A stretch of 64,000 bases of DNA from a virus: the IMG/VR virus record IMGVR_UViG_3300025121_000023, positions 32,001 through 96,000 of that record. One strand, given 5' to 3'. Positions 59,360 through 64,000 of the stretch are shown piece after piece. How positions within the stretch are numbered: position 1 is the first letter of the stretch; the number at the start of each line of letters is the position of its first letter. The notes below the pieces were generated by a model. That model had not been told where the DNA came from. It did not search any database and saw only the letters and a list, made by a program, of their open reading frames with translations. The translations under genes were made by a program, and so were the position numbers.

Positions 59360-60298
59360 ATGGAAAGAAATAATAAAATTAACGAAGCGTTAATGAGAGA
59401 TAGTACTAAAAAACAAATGCAAAATTTGTTAAAAGATATAAATCACCAAGGTGGAGATATAGGCAGCAAAGTCAGAAAAGACGAAAAAACTAAAGAAGAT
59501 AAAATGCCTAATGCAGTATATATGGATAATCCGTTTGATAGCGATAGATTTATAGATACGTGGGAACATTTTTCAACTCATGATGCTCATAATAGAACTA
59601 CTACTGATAAAATGAATGATAGTAAAAGAGGTGGAGTTGTTGAAAGTTTTGAAAAATTTACTAGCATAAAGGAAGATTTTGATGAAGAAGATTTCGATGA
59701 AGAAGATTTCGATGAAGCTGCTGTAAGTCTTATAAATGATTTAAAATATAATTATAATGTTACTGACCAAGAAATTAATCAACTTAGAAATTTATTGGAA
59801 GATGGTAATAAAGAAGAATTTGTTAAAAGATATATTAAAAAAACAGGTAAAACTGTTTCTGAATTACCTGAAGCTATTTTAGCATCTGAATTATTAGAAA
59901 AAGTATCTACTAAAACATCTACTAAAGTATCTACTAAAACATCTACTAAAACTCCAAAAAAAGAAGAAAAAGTCGTATTAGGAATTAATGATTGGATACA
60001 AACATTAGATTCTGATGTTATTGGTAATTGTTGTGATAAAACAAAACCTATGTTTGTAAATAGACCAAATATAACTAATAGATCATCATATGATGTTTTA
60101 AGAACAGGAAAATTTATTGAATTTGAAGGTTATACTGGACAAATAATAGGTATTAAAGGTAATCAAATAGAGTTAGACATCATAGATGAAAATAATAAAC
60201 ACGTTAGTAAAACGTTTCCTTTAAATCAAGTTTTAAAAGCATTAAAAAATAACGAAATAGAAGTAGATAAAGAAAAAAAGAAAAATAAAGAAAAATAA
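59360..60298 (+). CDS. hypothetical protein with low-complexity repeats
   Basis: EDFDE x3, VSTKTSTK x2. Confidence 0.65.
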   Translation: MERNNKINEALMRDSTKKQMQNLLKDINHQGGDIGSKVRKDEKTKEDKMPNAVYMDNPFDSDRFIDTWEHFSTHDAHNRTTTDKMNDSKRGGVVESFEKFTSIKEDFDEEDFDEEDFDEAAVSLINDLKYNYNVTDQEINQLRNLLEDGNKEEFVKRYIKKTGKTVSELPEAILASELLEKVSTKTSTKVSTKTSTKTPKKEEKVVLGINDWIQTLDSDVIGNCCDKTKPMFVNRPNITNRSSYDVLRTGKFIEFEGYTGQIIGIKGNQIELDIIDENNKHVSKTFPLNQVLKALKNNEIEVDKEKKKNKEK

Positions 60299-60399
60299 GA
60301 CGTTTAAGGCTATATTTAATTCTGATAAGGAATTCTATATGAATAATGAAATAATTGATTATAATGAATATATATAGTGTTAAAATGGATATTTAAAAC

Positions 60400-60433
60400 A
60401 AAAAGGGATATAAATAAAATATATCCCTTTTTT
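60400..60433. terminator. intrinsic terminator between convergent genes
   Basis: AAAAAGGGATATA...TATATCCCTTTTTT. Confidence 0.75.
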
Positions 60434-60450
60434 ATAAACGAAAAACTAAA

Positions 60451-61281
60451 TTAACTTAATTTTTCTATTTTATCTTCTAATTCAGAAGCTTTAATAACTT
60501 CTAATTCACCATTTTCTTCTGGATCTTTAGTTTTTAAAACTTCATCTAATGCAGCACCCCATAATTTACAATCTTCTTTAATACGTTCAACAATAACATT
60601 GTAAGCATTAAATAATTTATTAGTTCCTGCTATTTTATAAAGAATAGATCTAAAATGTCTATAATCAGAACCAGAACCTTTAACTTTAAAATTTTTAATT
60701 AAATGATGTAAAATTAAAATCATTTGAATTTTCATGTCAAATACATATTCAGTTTTACTTTTATCTTCATTATACTTTTCTATCGCATCTTTCCAAAATT
60801 CTTCATATAATTTAATATAATTAAAAACATCATCACTATTATATTCAATAGTTTTTGTTAAAATTTTATCTAAAAACTTTATTTCTTCTGATGATAAAAT
60901 AATTTTAAAAAATACTTCATTTAAATAATTTATAAAAGCATTTACTAAATAATTGGATAATGCATAAACTTTATCAACATCACTAATTTGCATTTCTTTT
61001 ACTAAATCTGAATTAGGATCATATTTTCTAAGTAAATTATGAATAGATTCTTTTTTAGCATCAATTGATTTAATAGATTCTTCACTAAGATATTTGCTAG
61101 CATAATCATTTAAAACATTATTAGCTTCGTTATTTTTATGAGCTTTATTTTTATGTGCAATTTCACCAACAGCATTATAATATCCATTGATATCAAAATC
61201 TTTATCAATAATTATATCTAATTCTTCTAATTCTTTAGCTTTATCTAAATATTCTTGAAATTTATCGTCTTTTTCTAACAT
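60451..61281 (-). CDS. hypothetical helical protein
   Basis: 276-aa ORF. Confidence 0.65.
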   Translation of the reverse strand: MLEKDDKFQEYLDKAKELEELDIIIDKDFDINGYYNAVGEIAHKNKAHKNNEANNVLNDYASKYLSEESIKSIDAKKESIHNLLRKYDPNSDLVKEMQISDVDKVYALSNYLVNAFINYLNEVFFKIILSSEEIKFLDKILTKTIEYNSDDVFNYIKLYEEFWKDAIEKYNEDKSKTEYVFDMKIQMILILHHLIKNFKVKGSGSDYRHFRSILYKIAGTNKLFNAYNVIVERIKEDCKLWGAALDEVLKTKDPEENGELEVIKASELEDKIEKLS

Positions 61282-61299
61282 TTTTATTTATTTATTTTT

Positions 61300-61719
61300 T
61301 TAATCTTGTTCTTCTTTATTTTGAACAATTAATCTTTCTGTTTCATTTGCTCTTTCAACTTCTTTATAAGTATATTTATTTACAATACCAAAAGAAGTTT
61401 TTAAAATAGATTGTACAATTTTAAATGTTCCTTTATCTAAATTCATTTCTATTTTATCTAATTCTTGTTCAAATAAAATTCGTCTAATTTTATCATCAAA
61501 CTTATTAAAATAATCTTCATTAATAGTAACTATTACTTCTGCATTTAATAAAACTGCGAAATTATCTGGAATTTTTTTAATTGTAATTAAACATTTTTGT
61601 TTTGTATTTGTCTGAAAAATATATTTCAAATCCATCGCAAATACAAATTCTTGTTCTGTTGTTTTAAAGAAACTTCTTATATCTTCATCTAATTCGTAAT
61701 ATTGATCTGTTTTTAACAT
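61300..61719 (-). CDS. hypothetical protein (possibly degenerate phage metallopeptidase-like)
   Basis: ILFEQELDKI resembles an HEL-type motif lacking His. Confidence 0.4.
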   Translation of the reverse strand: MLKTDQYYELDEDIRSFFKTTEQEFVFAMDLKYIFQTNTKQKCLITIKKIPDNFAVLLNAEVIVTINEDYFNKFDDKIRRILFEQELDKIEMNLDKGTFKIVQSILKTSFGIVNKYTYKEVERANETERLIVQNKEEQD

Positions 61720-61738
61720 TTTTTATTTATTTATTTTT

Positions 61739-62200
61739 TTATATTAATATTTGATTAATTAGATATATTCCCAATATTAATAAAAGTCCAATTCCAATCC
61801 CCCAAAAAGATAATAATAAATAACCAATTACACTAAAAATAGTTATTAATGTCAACCATATTATACGACTTGCTAATTTAGCAGTATTTATATATTTATA
61901 TCTAAATGCTATTCCTACTTGTATATCATTTAATTCAATAACTTCCATAAGCCCTATTAATTCACTTAAACCAATTGATACAAAATATTGATCGATGTTT
62001 TTTATTTCATTTTTTAATAATTTATCAAGATAATTTGGACCTAAATTTTTAATAGCTTCCATTTCTTCTTTAGGTATTGTATATGTTTTATATAATCTCC
62101 AAACCCAATCATATGAAATACCATGTAATTTTTTTAATTCTTTTTTATTTGCTTTAATAATTTTTCTATATATGAAAAAATTTTTTAAATTATTAGCCAT
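61739..62200 (-). CDS. membrane protein
   Basis: Two C-terminal TM segments. Confidence 0.6.
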   Translation of the reverse strand: MANNLKNFFIYRKIIKANKKELKKLHGISYDWVWRLYKTYTIPKEEMEAIKNLGPNYLDKLLKNEIKNIDQYFVSIGLSELIGLMEVIELNDIQVGIAFRYKYINTAKLASRIIWLTLITIFSVIGYLLLSFWGIGIGLLLILGIYLINQILI

Positions 62201-62337
62201 GCTTTTTTAATTTATTTTTTATATGTTCGTTGAATGAATTATGAATTTATAGTTCATTCAATTATACCTTATATTTTAAAAATAATTAAAAGTTTAATTA
62301 TGATTTTCAAAAATGTTTAGTTTTAAACAAAAAAAAA

Positions 62338-64000
62338 TTAACTTTGAATTGTATCGGTAGTATTTACATTTTGTCCACCTTTATCTTGAATTACATATAT
62401 TAATAATTCATCAAATTTTGATAAAACATTATCAAACTTTTCTAATATTTTATCATTAGATATTGTTTGTGATTGGTCTAATGCTGCAATATTTTCTACT
62501 ACTTGTGGAGATACTTGTTTTTGATATGCTTGTCCAGATGAACCTTCTACACTAATAACATTTGATAATTGTTTTTTATTATCATCTAAAACTTTTAATA
62601 CTTTTTTAAGTTGGGCATCATCAACAGCAGACATAATTGTTATACTAGCTGTTAAATTATTTAATTTATCAATACCATCAGTATTTAATTTATCTAATTG
62701 TTTTACTAAATCTTTAATAGAATCTGTAAATTTATCTATAATTTTTACTTTATTTTCATCTAATGTACTGAAACTTTCAGTAAATGCAGATATTGCTGAT
62801 GCAGTATTTTTAGCCCAGGTTTGATCAGGTCCTCCTGCCCAAGTTCCGTTTGCTAATTCTTTGGATACTTTAACCATTGATTTAGCAATATTAACCATAA
62901 AATCTCCAAATTTATCATCTGAACTACCAAACACTTTACCTAATAACGATTGTTTTGCACTCATCGCTTCATATGCATTGACAAATGGCATTATAGACAT
63001 AGATACACCTTCTGCCCATTCTTTTTTAGGATAACCACTATCCCAACCGTCATATCCTCCTAATACTTTTGCAACTTCTATCATTCCGTTAGCTACAGAA
63101 TTCATAAATTTTGTAAATTTTTCTGAATCAACTTCTTTACTAAAGAAACTTGTATCTGTTGATGCATCTAATGCCTGTGCAAATGCACCTAACGCTAATC
63201 CAATTCCTTCTGCCCATTTTTTTGTTGGTCCACCTGTAAAATTACCACCAGCTAACGTTAAAGACGCATCTTTAATAGCTGTTGCTATTGTTGCTACATG
63301 TGGTAGTCCTCTATTTAATAAAAGCCCTACACCTGGGATACCTAATGCCATTGTTCCTATACTAAATGCCGCTAATGCTAATCCAGTGCCTAATGCCCAT
63401 TTTAATGATGGATATTTTCCATAATCACCTGTTGAAAAAATATGAGATGCTGCAACTATTGATGCCGCAACAACTGGAACTAATAAAGCGCCTGCTCCTA
63501 TTGCTAATGCTCCTATACCAGTCATTGCAATTATACCTAAAGCTAATACGGCAGGTGTAAATAATAATACTGCTAATCCTACACCAGCAGACCATTTTAA
63601 TGATGGATAATTGCCATCATATTTTCCATAATTTAATATCCAACTAGAAATCATAATAGCACCCGCAACAGTAATTATACCTAATGATCCTACTAATAAT
63701 TGTTTTATTCCTATTTTTGATAATATAAAAACAGTAGGCGTAAACATTAAAATAGATAGACCAATTATAAATGATCCTATTAGTAATGATATTGGATCTT
63801 TTATTGGCTGAAATAATAAAAATGCCCAAGATGCAGCAACTATACCAGCAGCAATAATTGGTAAAATTAATGTTGTAGCTAATATTTTTTTATAATTTAT
63901 ATTATCACCTAATACCTTCATCACAAACATTATACCAATTGATGCAATACCTAATCCTATACCAACTATAGCTAATGACAATACTTTATCCCAGGATACT
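62338..64000 (-). CDS. tape-measure-like protein, C-terminal part (starts beyond the window)
   Basis: Ala/Gly-rich hydrophobic repeats with periodic P..KWA. Confidence 0.55.
   Translation of the reverse strand, partial: VSWDKVLSLAIVGIGLGIASIGIMFVMKVLGDNINYKKILATTLILPIIAAGIVAASWAFLLFQPIKDPISLLIGSFIIGLSILMFTPTVFILSKIGIKQLLVGSLGIITVAGAIMISSWILNYGKYDGNYPSLKWSAGVGLAVLLFTPAVLALGIIAMTGIGALAIGAGALLVPVVAASIVAASHIFSTGDYGKYPSLKWALGTGLALAAFSIGTMALGIPGVGLLLNRGLPHVATIATAIKDASLTLAGGNFTGGPTKKWAEGIGLALGAFAQALDASTDTSFFSKEVDSEKFTKFMNSVANGMIEVAKVLGGYDGWDSGYPKKEWAEGVSMSIMPFVNAYEAMSAKQSLLGKVFGSSDDKFGDFMVNIAKSMVKVSKELANGTWAGGPDQTWAKNTASAISAFTESFSTLDENKVKIIDKFTDSIKDLVKQLDKLNTDGIDKLNNLTASITIMSAVDDAQLKKVLKVLDDNKKQLSNVISVEGSSGQAYQKQVSPQVVENIAALDQSQTISNDKILEKFDNVLSKFDELLIYVIQDKGGQNVNTTDTIQS

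Noticed and set aside
59671-59952. Short tandem repeats
   Set aside because: Low-complexity coding repeats (EDFDE, STKT)
1191-63829. Short antisense or alternate-frame ORFs in the track (e.g. 1191, 17794, 24594, 31837, 57926, 63366)
   Set aside because: Shadows of well-supported genes with no recognisable motifs
1-64000. Stop-codon recoding as in Lak or some crAss-like phages
   Set aside because: Conserved genes are full-length in the standard code, and TAG/TGA terminate genes (deoC TAG, smpB TGA)

Overview
Very AT-rich (roughly 20-25% GC by eye), densely coded window in the standard genetic code, most consistent with a jumbo/huge dsDNA phage. A Bacteroidota host is inferred from recurrent TAnnTTTG -7 promoter elements and a Bacteroidota-style ClpP. 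Recognisable genes: clpP (partial), dnaJ, a radical SAM protein, prs, kptA/tpt1, a nucleotidyltransferase, an SPFH-like protein, a short NAD-dependent ligase, TnpB, smpB, deoC, SbcC/gp46, a DNA methyltransferase, two membrane-anchored GcvH-like proteins, an AsnRS-catalytic-domain paralog, a possible neck protein, a vWA protein, the N-terminal part of a split PolB, LRR proteins, a tape-measure-like gene and seven free-standing endonuclease genes. The most notable unexplained signals are: (i) two perfect parS palindromes; (ii) short terminal peptide modules shared by unrelated proteins, namely a T4-CTS-like N-terminal leader, a following IKDLLxxKSxE module, and C-terminal PDYxPRRK and RxxK[IL]xx[IL] tails; (iii) a mosaic tandem paralog array with -1 slippery junctions; (iv) a stand-alone structured ncRNA ending in a TnpB omegaRNA-like 3' end; (v) several other structured non-coding elements. 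All calls come from reading motifs; no database search was run.
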